Origin: Octopus bimaculoides
Lineage: Eukaryota
Length of the DNA stretch: 47,153 nt
Assembly: GCF_001194135.2 (NCBI RefSeq)
Contig: NC_068998.1
Span: 10,904,022 to 10,951,174 of the forward strand
Direction of reading: 5' to 3'
The notes beneath the pieces are model-generated. The model was not told the origin of the DNA and did no database searches. It saw only the letters and a program-made list of their open reading frames with translations. The position numbers and the translations under genes are program-made. Positions 33,406-45,740 of this stretch are shown piece after piece; within the stretch, counting starts at the first letter, position 1; the number at the start of each line of letters is the position of its first letter.

Positions 33406-34489
33406 AACTACTGGATTAGAAAAACGGCAGAAAAGTTTTCAGCTAGAATAACTAAAATACATATAAAAGCGAAGACAAGAAACCATTTTGTTATTTTACA
33501 GACTTGTCCATTCCATACAAAAAAAAAAAAATCTGACATTAAATCGATGACGAGGATAACAGCAACAACAACAGCAATGATGATGACAGTGCTGACATTG
33601 TTTTTCTCTAACTGTGTGGATTTCATGAATTTGAAAATATACTTCAGACCCACATATTTTATGTGAGTGAAAGCTTGGAGCAGTATTTTATAGTCAGGAA
33701 TATAAAACATGGAACTGTTAAACAATTATCGAGTTAATATGGGATACTTTCAAGCACACCACTTCACCAGCGTTGGTAGACTGTAAAAAGCAGCATTACA
33801 TAACATGTCGAATATTGAAGATGACAATATGATATTCGTGTTCGGTTATGTTGTGCCAGAAATCATTACAACAATCTTTGCAGCATTGTTTTATTTAGAA
33901 GTGGCTGGAAAATAAACCTACAGCTCAATGCTCTAAAATGCCTCTCACATCATTCCATTATAATGGTGAATATGACATTATATTGTTTACTGTGCAGTCT
34001 GGTAAATGGGAATATAGACATTATACATCGATACATGCTGACTAGAGGCTTCGTCTTAGTTTTTATAGTCGCATTTTGGGTGTTATACCTTTTGGCTTTC
34101 TTCAGGTTCCTATCATATTCGGTAATATTTTCAGAATTTGGAATGGAACACTTTATTAGTTCTCATTCCATAGTTCCAATCAGGGTTCTTTTATTAGTTA
34201 TAGTCCTACTTGTGATGCTGCTGGTTCCTTTAACTTGAACCAAAGTATATATNNNNNNNNNNNNNNNNNNNNNNNNNNNNNNNNNNNNNNNNNNNNNNNN
34301 NNNNNNNNNNNNNNNNNNNNNNNNNNNNNNNNNNNNNNNNNNNNNNNNNNNNNNNNNNNNNNNNNNNNNNNNNNNNNNNNNNNNNNNNNNNNNNNNNNNN
34401 NNNNNNNNNNNNNNNNNNNNNNNNNNNNNNNNNNNNNNNNNNNNNNNNNNNNNNNNNNNNNNNNNNNNNNNNNNNNNNNNNNNNATATA

Positions 34490-34842
34490 TACATAGGGTG
34501 CATAAGGCATTTGAGGACATGTCTTTTATGGGTCATTGCTGCATTTTTTGCTAACTCTGTATAATCTTTGTTTCAGAAAATAATAATGACAGACCCTCAG
34601 CTTACTCAAGAGATGAAGAGGTATGCTGTTATTGTGGTTATAAAGGCTGAGCATAGCGATTTAGAAATATCTCGATTTTTAAAAGTTGCCAGATCTTTCG
34701 TCTACAAAGTTTGTAAGGAGCTAGAGACTGAAGATGGAAGCGTGTCACCAGTATCAAAGCATAAAAAAGCATTCTAAATGCTCTGAAATCATCAGAATAC
34801 TTGAATTTATCCAGTAAGTTCAATAGACCATCTATTACAATC
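34490..34842 (+). mobile_element. Tc1/mariner-type transposase 5' remnant (pseudogenised)
   Basis: MTDPQLTQEMKRYAVIVVIKAEHSDLEISRFLKVARSFVYKVCKELETEDG, then a frameshift to HSKCSEIIRILEFIQ*VQ. HTH-like N-terminus; TA-CA(TA)GGGTG-like end at about 34490. Truncated by an RTE fragment. Confidence 0.65.
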
Positions 34843-34849
34843 CCACTGA

Positions 34850-35150
34850 TCTGGGGAGTCAGTCAGGCAGCGTTAGCATCGACCCATGCTTGAATGGTGC
34901 TTATTACATGACACCAGCACAGGTGCCAGTCAGGCGGCACTGGCCACGACTACGATTTTGATTTTGCTTGACTTCTCAAACAGGTCTTCTCAAACACATC
35001 ATATCACCTGACACTTCAAGGGTACTTTTAAATGGGCCAGTCATGCAACACTGGCATCGGCCACAGCTGCGATCTCACTCTACTTGTCAGGTCTTTTCAA
35101 TCAAAACATATCTCCAAAGGTCTTGGTCTCTAGTCGTTGCCTCAAAGAGG
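34850..35150 (-). mobile_element. RTE LINE 3' end
   Basis: Minus strand LFEATTRDQDLWRYVLIEKT* followed by family C-like UTR. Confidence 0.7.
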
Positions 35151-35194
35151 CAATGACAATATATTAATCCAAATATATTGAGTGTATAACAATT

Positions 35195-35422
35195 CTTTTG
35201 AATTTTGACACAAGACCATCAGTTTTTGAGGATAGGGGTTTAGTCAATTACATCGACCCCAGTATTTGACTGGTACTTGATTTTATTGACCCCCACCCCC
35301 GCCAAAGGATAAAAGGCAAAGCTGACTTTGTCAGTCTTTGAACTCAGAATATAAAGAACCAAAAGAAATGCTGCCAAGCATTTTGTCCGCTGTGCTAATT
35401 ATTCAGGCAGCTCATCACCTTA
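35195..35422 (-). mobile_element. Family A SINE
   Basis: Core and head present. Confidence 0.85.
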
Positions 35423-35929
35423 TTCAGTGTATAATAACGAGGATAATTCCTTATCTCAGAAAGTCAGATGGAATATAAATATATCATCCATTGCTAAGAG
35501 GAATATTTGGTTAGAATAAAAATAAACTTGCTCGAAGGACAGAAGCAAGCACAATAAATCTTACTTGTCTCAGATGCTGCCTCCAATTTTTTGATGTGAG
35601 TGAGCACAAAAATTAATATTGTGTGAAAATATTGTTTCTTAGCAGAATGTGTGTACATACCAAATGGAATATACTCTCGTCAATAGAACCATAATTATCT
35701 CTAGCATCAATTATTTGTTTTTTATGTTTATTGTATGAGAAAGACTAATTTCTCAATGAACAATCATTTGATCAAATCATCTCAATACATCATTAGAATG
35801 AAATAATTATTTAACAGTTGGGAATCAAAACTGGAACTGGTAGCTAACCCTCAAAGTTCTTCAATTAAAAGAATCTGATTTCATGTTTAAAACCTTATGT
35901 GCACTTGTCTTTTTTCCTATGCTAGTTGC

Positions 35930-36400
35930 AAAAATTGTGTGCAGATGTGGGTAAGTTTGCTTCCCAACCACATAGTTCCAGGTTCAGTCCCGCTGTATGG
36001 CACCTTGGGCGAGAGTCTTCTGCTATGGCTTTGAACTGACCAAAGACTTGTGAGTGGATTTCGTAGATAGAAACTGAAAGAAGCCTATCGTGTGTGTATA
36101 TATATATATACACAAAAATCCTCTGGTATTTTGCTTTACCCAAAGCCAGGAACTTTCCAGCACACCACCTCACACACACGTATGTGTGTGTTTGTGTTTG
36201 TGTTTGCCCCACCCACCCACAGCTTGATAACCGATATTGGTGTGTTTATGTCCCCATAACTTAGTGGCTCAGCAAAAGATACTGATAGAATAAGTGTCAG
36301 GCTTAAAAAAAAAAAAAAATAAGTATTGCGGTGGATTCATTTGGCTAAAAATTCTCAAAGGCAGTGTCCCGGCATGGCCGCAATCTAATGATTGATGCCA
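35930..36400 (+). mobile_element. Family B SINE with an internal insertion of about 60 bp
   Basis: Head, CORE-like segment and tail; unrelated segment at about 36115-36170. Confidence 0.8.
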
Positions 36401-36635
36401 ACCCCTGCTCTAGAGAATGCAATGATAGGGTGTGAGTGTTTGGATGCTGATGACGTGGTAGGGCTGACTGGACATTTGGCCTATTTTGGTGACAGTGCTT
36501 TTGGGCACTGATGGCAAACACATACACACACACATCATCATCATCATCATCATCATTTAAAATCCTCTTTCCATGCTGGCATAGGTTGGACAGTTTGACT
36601 GAGGACTGGCAAGCCAGGAGGCTGCATCAAGTTGT

Positions 36636-36772
36636 AGAAATATATGCACACACACACACACACACATGCATGCAGAAATATATGCACACACACGCATACA
36701 GAAATATATGCACACACACACAACACACACACATATATGCACGCAGAAATATATGCACACACACACATGTAT
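36636..36772. repeat. Four copies of AGAAATATATGCACACACAC with variable (CA)n
   Basis: Anchors at 36636, 36674, 36700, 36745; begins where a family C fragment is truncated. Confidence 0.85.
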
Positions 36773-36826
36773 ATATAGAAAGTAAGAGACATTACACATA
36801 CATACAAACATAACTAGATGCTCACA

Positions 36827-36895
<69 letters not shown>

Positions 36896-37532
36896 GGGGG
36901 GAGAGAACTAAAGAGATATTAAAGCATCTAACGTCAAAATAAGTCAGTGTTGAATCATCGATGTCAAATAGGTTGCACCGGAATTGCTGTACCAAAAATG
37001 TCACATACTCCCAAACTCCCATTATACAAGATAGTCATCATGCCACTCGTGCCTCTACCACCCTCTTCCTCTTTCAGTCACTTTAGCATACACTGACCAG
37101 CTATTTCAGATACATTTGTTCTTTTTCTCTGCATTTTCCTTCTCTCTTTGTCTCTTGTTTCTGCAGAACAGAATATTCTCAAAATATAAGACTCTTAATT
37201 TTGCCTGAGTGTAAACTTTATATATATACCCTGTATGCTTGTATTGTTTTTTTCACCTCAACTGTATGTTTTCTTTTAAATATTTTTATACTATAGTCAT
37301 GGTGTACTATATCTGCAAATGCTTTACTCCATCAACCAGCTGCTGCATAGCAAAATATGGTATGGTTGCTGTCTAAACTGATGTACCGAATAACTAGCAT
37401 ACAAAAAGGGAAAATCAATGTGTAACATCTGGACTTCCAGTTAAATGTCTTCGTGCCAATGTTAATTGTCTGCTCAAACGTGATTGGCCCAAACTAACCC
37501 ACTTCTTTGCCTTCTGGCCATGTGAAAGACCA

Positions 37533-37740
37533 CTTAACTCTTTTGATACCAGCCTGCCTGTGACCAACCCTAGTCCTATGATATAAACTTTCTTTTTTAA
37601 CCCTTTACCATTTAAATCATCCATATCCTGTCTCATGTTCAAGCTGACCACATCTGACTTGTCATACCTACCCTACAATGTCATTCTTGAAATAAACAAT
37701 AACGTCATTAAAATCTCAAAGCTATGAGATAATACATCAT
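37533..37740. mobile_element. TTAA-CCCTTT-type MITE fragments (piggyBac-like)
   Basis: ttaactcttttgatacc and ttaaccctttaccatt termini; the body matches the reverse complement of 20290-20410. Confidence 0.5.
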
Positions 37741-38533
37741 CATCATCATCATCATCATCAGGGTAAGTAATTATACTTAGGTAAGTAATTACCTAAGTAA
37801 TTATAAGGAGTCAATATGGAAAATAAAATGGTTAAAAACAATATGAAACAATATGATAAGCTTACTTATTCATTTGGTTGTGAAATGTTTTTCCTTTTGA
37901 GGTCAACTTCTGTTATATTCAACATTTGTGTCTCATCTAGAAAAAAAAGAAAAGAAAAGAAACAGACAAAATAAACACACTGTAAGTAATACTGTTTACA
38001 TCATCATCATCGTCATCATCATCATCATCATCATCATCATCGTCATCATTGTCATCACCGCCACCATCATCAGCATCATCATCGTTGTCATCAGCATCAT
38101 CATCACCGTCATTGTTGTCAGCATCGTCATCATCGTCCACATCGTCATCGTCAGCATCATCATCATCACCACCTTCATAACTTAGTATCCGCTTTTCCAT
38201 GCTTGCGTGGGTCAGACGGAATTTGTCGAGGCAGGGTTTCCACAGCTGGATGTCCTTTCCTTTCTCTCCAACCCTCACCTGTTTCCAAGTGAGGTGACAT
38301 TTCTCCAAGGACAGACATATTTTTCATGGAACATTGCAAATGAGCAACTTTTCATGTATGATGATGATAATGATGATGATGATGATGATGCTCATTTACA
38401 ACCATCACATGATATCTAGACAATCATACATACTCACACACACACACTTTGGTCAAGTGTCTTCTACTATAGCCTTGGGCTGACCAAAGCCTACTGAGTG
38501 AATTTGGTAGATGGAAACTGAAAGAAGCCTGCC

Positions 38534-38564
<31 letters not shown>

Positions 38565-38621
38565 AGATTGAAAAGGTTGCAAGATGCAATGAAAATATTA
38601 GAAAAAATAAGTAACTAAATG

Positions 38622-38676
38622 AGTGGAAATTGAACCGGTGAATGTGTTTAACACACTCACCGGTTCAATTTCCACT
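38622..38676. repeat. Palindrome with 27-bp arms and a 1-nt spacer
   Basis: agtggaaattgaaccggtgaatgtgtt-t-aacacactcaccggttcaatttccact; one mismatch. Confidence 0.95.
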
Positions 38677-38731
38677 AATAAGGCACTAAAAGAGAATGAC
38701 TCTCCCCAGACACAATAATATATATGTGTGC

Positions 38732-38771
<40 letters not shown>

Positions 38772-38799
38772 ATGATGAGGAGGAGGACAACGAGCTTCC

Positions 38800-38945
38800 T
38801 TACAGTATCCATCTTCCAAATTAATTCACTCACAAAGCATTGTAGGTGTAGAAGACACTTACCCAGAGAGCCCTGCTGTGGGACTGAACCAGAACCCACA
38901 TGGTTTGAAAGCAAACTTTTTAACCCCACAGCCATGCCTCCTATG
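38800..38945 (-). mobile_element. Family B SINE head (a plus-oriented fragment also lies at 38445-38535)
   Basis: gtagaagacacttacccagag..gggactgaacc..accccacagccatgcc. Confidence 0.8.
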
Positions 38946-39731
38946 CCTGTCAAATCTTTTAAACTGAGTATTCCGTCATCAGAGAGGAAGAAGTCAAGGA
39001 GATGCAAAAATGAGGGGACATCCTCAATCGAGGGTACCAATATATATTCCAGTTTGTCAAAAAGGGGGAAAGGATCAGAGTAGAGTATATAAATGTTAGG
39101 TAGTTCCATCAGCATCATCATCATCATCATCGTTTAACGTCCGCTTTCCATGCTAGCATGGATTGGACGATTTGACTGAGGACTGGTGAAACCGGATGGC
39201 AACACCAGGCTCCAATCTGATTTGGCAGAGTTTCTACAGGTAATGTCCATTAGCGGTTTCAAATGAGAGTGTTCAATGATAATCCATAGCAAGGAATAGT
39301 GGAAGTTACCAGTTCCAATTTTGAATAGAATAGAGAATGAATAGAAACCAGTAAAGAAACAACCCGTATTACAGGAAGGGGATCTATCCGGATAAAGAAC
39401 TAGTAAAATAAGAAACAATATAAACAAAAAGAATACATGGTGTTTACATGAGGAAAATAGAGAGATGGGGAGAGAGAAGAAGATGTAGAAAGTGAGAGGA
39501 GATAAAGTAAAGTTTGTGTAAGGGTAGTAATAGTAGTAGGTTGTAGCATTGATAGAAGTGGGTATATCAAACACTTGAGTCTCTCCTGTATCCTGTTGAC
39601 ATACAGTGAAAAACAAGTAGACACTTTAGTGAGGAAAAGGAGACATTCTGGAATAAAATATAACCAGTCGATAAATAGGGAAACCTTTTGAATGTAAGCC
39701 TGTTTGGAACACTGTATGGTGGTGGTGGGGA

Positions 39732-39766
<35 letters not shown>

Positions 39767-39959
39767 GGAGGGAGAGAGTAAATAAAATAAAATGGTATTG
39801 AATGCAAGATATACTTTTAGAAAGAGGAAAGAAGGGAGAGAAAATAGTTTTGAAGGACTGAACAAGGGAAAAGGATAAAAATAAATAAATAAAGAGAAAG
39901 AAAAAGAAGAATACCACCCTCAACTAGCTATTGTTAAGGGTGATAGCTATGAACATGTC

Positions 39960-40007
<48 letters not shown>

Positions 40008-40579
40008 GGTGATGATGATGATGATGATCAAGGAGCAAAAACAAATACCTTCTATACAGGTTTGTTTTTATTGTTTATTATCAACTTCTCCCCCCACTGC
40101 CATTTTTCTTTCCCTCCATATAAGCATGGAAGGGAATTCTTTTTTTTTTTTCTTTTTCATGTCAAAATTTTTGGGTGGGGTTGTTTTGTTGGAATAAACC
40201 CACGATAATATTGAAGAGGAGATCTCTTCAATAACGTCCACAAAGGACGCTTGAGGTTTCTCACTCTACTCGAAGCCAAACCATGGAACGAATGGCTGAA
40301 CAAAAGGAGCTGCCTGTATGTGGTACCCCAGATTGCTAGAAATAACAGGGTAAAAACAGCTTTAATTTTACACTCCTCAGTATTTAAACTGGCCAAATCC
40401 GGTCAAAATGTTATACCTGTTTTATGTTCATTTAACGTTTGCTTTCCATGCTGGCATGGGTTAGACGGTTTGACTGGAACAGATAAGCTGGGGAGCTGCA
40501 CCAGGCTCCAGTCTGATTTTGGCTTGGTTTCTACGGCTGGATGCTCTTCCTGATGCTAACCACTCCGAGAGTGTAGTGG

Positions 40580-41082
40580 GTGTCTTTTATGTGCCACTGG
40601 CATGGATGTTTTTTTGTGTCACTGGCACAGGTGCTTCTACATGCCACTGGCACAGGTGCTTCTACGTGCCTCTGGCACAGGTGTTTCTACATGTCACTGG
40701 CACAGGTGTTTCTATACATCACTGGCACAGGTGCTTTTACATGCCACTGGCACAGGTGTTTCAACGTGCCACTGGCACAAGTGCTTCTATGTGCCTCTGG
40801 CACAGGTGCTTCTAAGTGCCACTGGCACAAGTGCTTCTACATGCCACTGGCACAGGTGCTTCTACGTGTCACTGGTACAGGTGCTTCTATGTGTGATCAG
40901 TACAGGTGCGTGCCACTGACAGGTACTTCTACGTGCCACTGGCACAAGAGCTTCTACATGTCAATGGCACAGGTGCTTCTACGTGTCATCAACACAGGTG
41001 CGTGCTAGACACAGGTACTTCTACATGCCACTGGCACAGGTGCTTCTATGTCTCACTGGCACAAGTACTTCTACGTGCCAGC
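40580..41082. repeat. 25-bp minisatellite, about 19-20 copies, continuous with an RTE 3' UTR fragment (40430-40595)
   Basis: Unit (a/g)tgccactggcacaggtgcttctac; explains the four overlapping stop-free ORFs at 40519-41118. Confidence 0.95.
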
Positions 41083-41299
41083 CACATCATCAAAATCTCA
41101 AAACAACAAAGTGAATAAACAAGTACAGAAATCTGAATGCTAAAGGATTAAAGGATTTAATTGGCTTTAATCCCTGATCTACCTTCATTGAGCAGACTCA
41201 TGATCAAAGGTAGTCTAGCTTCAACTAATTTCATCTTTTTAATTTCATGCCAAACAACATTATCAAATGTATTCTTGCCATTTTTTGGAAACAGTAAAC

Positions 41300-41510
41300 T
41301 ACTGATTTCAAATTTTGGCACAAGACCAGCAATTTCAGAGGAGTGGGTAAGCTGATTACATCAACCTCAGTGCACAACTGGTACTTATTTTATCGACCCC
41401 AAAAGGATGAAAGGCAAAGTCAACCATGGCAGAACTTGAACTCAGCACGTAAAGACTTTCTGCCAAGTGTTTTGCTCTGCATGCTAATGATTCTGTCAGC
41501 TCGTCACCTT
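41300..41510 (-). mobile_element. Family A SINE
   Basis: Core and head present. Confidence 0.85.
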
Positions 41511-42047
41511 AAAACTATTAAAATGAGAGTTGCTATTTCTAGCAATCTGAGGTACCTCACAGAGACCACTCCTTAGCTGACTCAGCTCTTGTATGGTTTT
41601 GCTTCTTGTAGAGTAAGAAACTTCAAGTTTCCTTTGTGGGCATTATGAAGAGGTTTGCCTCCATATTGCAAAATACCTGAAAATCTAAAAATAGAAAAGA
41701 GGGATCAGGTGTACTTTGCTGGAGTGTGACACTTGGTAATGATTGGAGATCAAACTAATTGAAAATTATAATCTTCATAACAATTTATCTTGACATTTAG
41801 ACGTTTCATGTGTTGGTTTGTTTGGAAAGTTCAAACCAGGTATTTTGAGCATCATCATCATCATCACTGTCATCATCATTTGACCTCTACTTTCCATGCT
41901 GGCATGGGTTGGATGGTTTGACTGAGGGCTGGCAAGCCAGGAGGCTGCACCAAGCCCCAATCTGATCTGGCAAAGTTTCTACAGCTGGATGCCCTTCCTA
42001 ATGACAACCACTCTGAGAGTATTATCTGTTATTAAATGGTAGAAGTG

Positions 42048-42362
42048 AAGGCATGTGGCTTAGTGGTTAGAGAATTCAGCTCGTGATTGTAAAGTTGTGA
42101 GTTCAATTCCTAGTAATGTATTGTGTCTTTGAGCAAGACACTTCACTTCATGTTGCTCCAGTCCACTCAGCTGGCAAAAATGACTTGTACCTGTAATTCA
42201 AAGGGTCCAGCCTTGTCACATTCTGTGTCACGCTGAATCTCCCTGAAAGCTATGTAAATGGTATACATGTCTGTGGAGTACTCAACCACTTGCATGTTAA
42301 TTTCACAAGCAGGCTGTTCTGTTGATCAGATCAACCGGAACCCTCATCGTCGTAACCAATGG
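42048..42362 (+). mobile_element. Family E tRNA-derived SINE, apparently full length
   Basis: A-box tggcttagtggttag, B-box gagttcaattcc, CORE-like gtctttgagcaagacacttcac, tail cctcatcgtcgtaacc. Confidence 0.8.
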
Positions 42363-42645
42363 AGAACCGTTTTACGCAAATGGCAGAAGTACATTCTGTA
42401 TGCGTTGAAATGTTGAAGGCAGCTCCACTGTTTCAGAATGTTGACTGTAATTTGAAAGATGTCATACTCATTGATTATCTCATGCATGGTAATAATCTGG
42501 TGTTGCCATGGAAGCGCCGTGAGAGGATTGTGACTGAGGAATCTAAAAGTTGGCCCAGAAATATATCTGCAACAAACGAGTAAAGTATCAAAAGAGAGTG
42601 CGTACAGTTGCTTATATTTCAGGTATCTGCCTGTCTATTTATTTG

Positions 42646-42870
42646 TTTACCTACCTACCTATCTTCCTGCCTACCTACCTACCTACCTACCTACCTACCT
42701 ACCTGCCTGCCTGCCTACCTACCCGCCTGCCTACCTGCCTGCCTGCCTACCTGCCTGCCTGCCTACCTACCTACCTACCTGCCTGCCTGCTTGCCTACCT
42801 ACCTACCTACCTACCTACCTACCTACCTACCTACCTATCTACCTACCTACGTTACTGCCTACCTATCTCA
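42646..42870. repeat. (CCTA)/(CCTG) tetranucleotide microsatellite
   Basis: Direct reading; source of the LPTY/CLPA ORFs. Confidence 0.95.
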
Positions 42871-42893
42871 AAGGAGTTGAGATATATATATAA

Positions 42894-42925
<32 letters not shown>

Positions 42926-43693
42926 CTGTGTGTATGAAAGCCTTTTATACTGAGTTCATGCTGCAAATCTTGTTCCCAATCCATGGCTGTAGTAGAAGAC
43001 ACTTGCCCAGGTGACACACGGTGGGTCTGAACCTAGAACCATGTGGTAGCTGAGAGAATCTCCACACCACACAGCCATGTTAGTCCGAAAGAGGCTGCAT
43101 TAATGTATGATGGAGCGGATGAAGTTTTATACTTTCAGCTAGGATGATGGAGATGAGGCAGGGAAAAATATTGCAAGCAATAATAAACTACAGGAAAAGT
43201 GATGATGGAACTGGGTATAAATGGTGACAGTGATATGCTTACGTTTATGGAACACATGTACGAGTTATGAAGAGGAAGAAAGCGAGAAAAAAGGGAAGGG
43301 AAGAAATATACATATACATGTGTGTGTAAGTGTGTGTGTGTGTGTGCGTTTACATATATATACACACACACGCATACATGCACAATCATGTGCATGTGCA
43401 TAATAGATATGCATATGTACACACACACACACATAACATATATTTACAAATAAGCAGATAAATGCATAGACATATGTGCATGTGCACACACACATGCATA
43501 CAAATAAATATACATACATACACATATGTACATGCATATAATATATATGCACATCTATATATATATGCACACACTCACACACACACACATAGATATACAC
43601 ATGAATATACACTCACAAATGTGTGTACATATAAACAAATAACAGGGAAAAACAAAGACAGAGAAAGAGAGAACAAGAACGATATGAAGAAAG

Positions 43694-43860
43694 GATAGAT
43701 ATATAGATAGATATATAGATAGATAGATAGATAGATAGATAGACAGACAGATAGATAGAAATAGATAGATAGATAGATAGTAATATAGATAGTAAGAGAG
43801 AAAGATAGATAGTAAAAGAGAAAGAAAGGGACGGGGAGAGAGAGATAGAGAGAGAGAGAA
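43694..43860. repeat. (GATA)n and (GA)n microsatellite
   Basis: Direct reading. Confidence 0.95.
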
Positions 43861-44813
43861 ACAAATTGGTGCTTCGGTTACCTCTTGGGAAGCCTCATGA
43901 TGTGTAAGAATATTTGGTCAACACTGATTTAAGCAGTGTGTAGTACAGCAATCCAGTTCCATGCCATGCTGGTCTTTGAGAAGTCTGCTAAGTTACATTT
44001 TCAGCAGCAAACCAAGTGTAGGCTTGCATTTTTTGCTACTGGAGAGCGGAGATTTCACCATGGTGGTATATTGACAACTCTAAAAACTGGATAAAAAAAA
44101 AAGAAAAACAAAAAAAAAGATACAGTTAAACTCATTGCTTCGAAATATTATTGAGTATTCGATATATATATANNNNNNNNNNNNNNNNNNNNNNNNNNNN
44201 NNNNNNNNNNNNNNNNNNNNNNNNNNNNNNNNNNNNNNNNNNNNNNNNNNNNNNNNNNNNNNNNNNNNNNNNNNNNNNNNNNNNNNNNNNNNNNNNNNNN
44301 NNNNNNNNNNNNNNNNNNNNNNNNNNNNNNNNNNNNNNNNNNNNNNNNNNNNNNNNNNNNNNNNNNNNNNNNNNNNNNNNNNNNNNNNNNNNNNNNNNNN
44401 NNNNNNNNNNNNNNNNNNNNNNNNNNNNNNNNNNNNNNNNNNNNNNNNNNNNNNNNNNNNNNNNNNNNNNNNNNNNNNNNNNNNNNNNNNNNNNNNNNNN
44501 NNNNTATATATTTATATATATATACATGAATGTTTAATCACCACAATTCATCATCACCATCATCGTTTAATGCCCGTTTTCTATGCTGGCATGGGTTGGA
44601 CGGTTTGACTGAGGTCTGGAGAGCCAGTGGCTGCACCAGGCTCCAATCTGATCTGGTAAGGTTTCTACAGCTGGATGCCTTTCCTAACACCAACCACTCT
44701 GAGAGTGTAATGGGTGCTTTTTACATGCTACCGGCACAGGAGCCAGTCAGGCGGGCCTGGCATCAGTCACGTACAGATAGTGCGTTTTACGTGCCACTGG
44801 AATGATATATATA

Positions 44814-44870
<57 letters not shown>

Positions 44871-44879
44871 GTTTAGAAA

Positions 44880-45306
44880 AAGGCAGAATTATGAAGGCTG
44901 GTGATGAAAGAATACCATATTCTTGTGGTTGCGTATCGAATAGTCTCACTCCTTCATATAAGAGGCAAAAATGAACCCCTGGAGTATGGAATGATGGTAC
45001 TGGAAAGACTAGCATTAGAGTAAAAGAAAAGAAAACGAAGACCAACGGAATTCAGTTTGGATTTATGCTTTATGCCAAGAAACGGAATAACTGACGTGAT
45101 TTCCATTGTAAAGCGGCAACAGATGTTCAGGAATATGAGGGAGAAGGAATTTTGGTTTGTTGATCTGACATAGGCATTGATGTTCTGAGTAAAGGAATGG
45201 TTGGGTTAAAATAGTTATGTTGGTGTACGAGGGAGCATGCACAACTGTAAGAATGAAGGAAGGGAATAGTGACAGGTTAGAAGGAAAGACCGGAATAAAT
45301 CAGGGG
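44880..45306 (+). mobile_element. RTE-clade LINE reverse transcriptase remnant (pseudogenised)
   Basis: Across frameshifts and stops: MVLERL..IQFGFM / PRNGITDVISIVKRQQ..FWFVDLT*A / VKEWL / VKIVMLVYEGACTTVRMKEGNSDRLEGKTGINQG. This matches the RTE RT motif order QFGFMP-TTDAIF-FVDLEKAFD-GVxQG. Confidence 0.8.
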
Positions 45307-45740
45307 ACAAACACAAACAAATATATGTATATATATATGACTGCCCTTTCTAGCATGTAAGGAATACACTATTATATTTAAAATTTTTTATGTCTCCTGA
45401 CTTTTATTATGCATGTTAACCACTGATATAAATTATATAATAATTTTTACCCCTGTATTTATAAAGTTAAATACACACACACATAATTTACTGTCTTGAT
45501 AAATTAAGATCAACAAAAAAAAAAGTATTCTATCCAGTGAGAAATAAATATCATTTAATTTATACTGTATTAAAATAAGAGCTGCTACTAGTACCAGTGT
45601 CCTGTTTTTTTAAATAGAACAAGCAATGTGCCCAGAGCTTGAGATTGCTTGGAGATATAAGGCACATTGCAAAAATCTGTGTAACCACATGTGTCAATAT
45701 CAAGAAACTATAAGTATCTCTTTCTTTACAACAGTGTACA

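Noticed and set aside
33730-34250. Complex sequence with short hydrophobic ORFs before a gap
   Set aside because: Stops in all frames tried and no motif recognised; may be an unclassified transposon interior.
37774-37799. 11-bp inverted repeat with GTAAGT donor-like motifs; also the 10-bp hairpin at 40209-40233
   Set aside because: Short AT-rich arms next to repeats; within chance or local slippage expectation.
40519-41118. Cys/His-rich repetitive ORFs (TCHWHRCF..., TGTGAS...) and CRISPR-like look of the array
   Set aside because: The 25-bp period cycles through all frames. Units are directly adjacent with no unique spacers, there are no cas genes, and the context is eukaryotic.
7841-44608. 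ORFs composed mostly of X (near 8100, 10700, 19200, 21200 plus strand, 30150, 34250, 44170)
   Set aside because: They are long only because N-gaps contain no stops.
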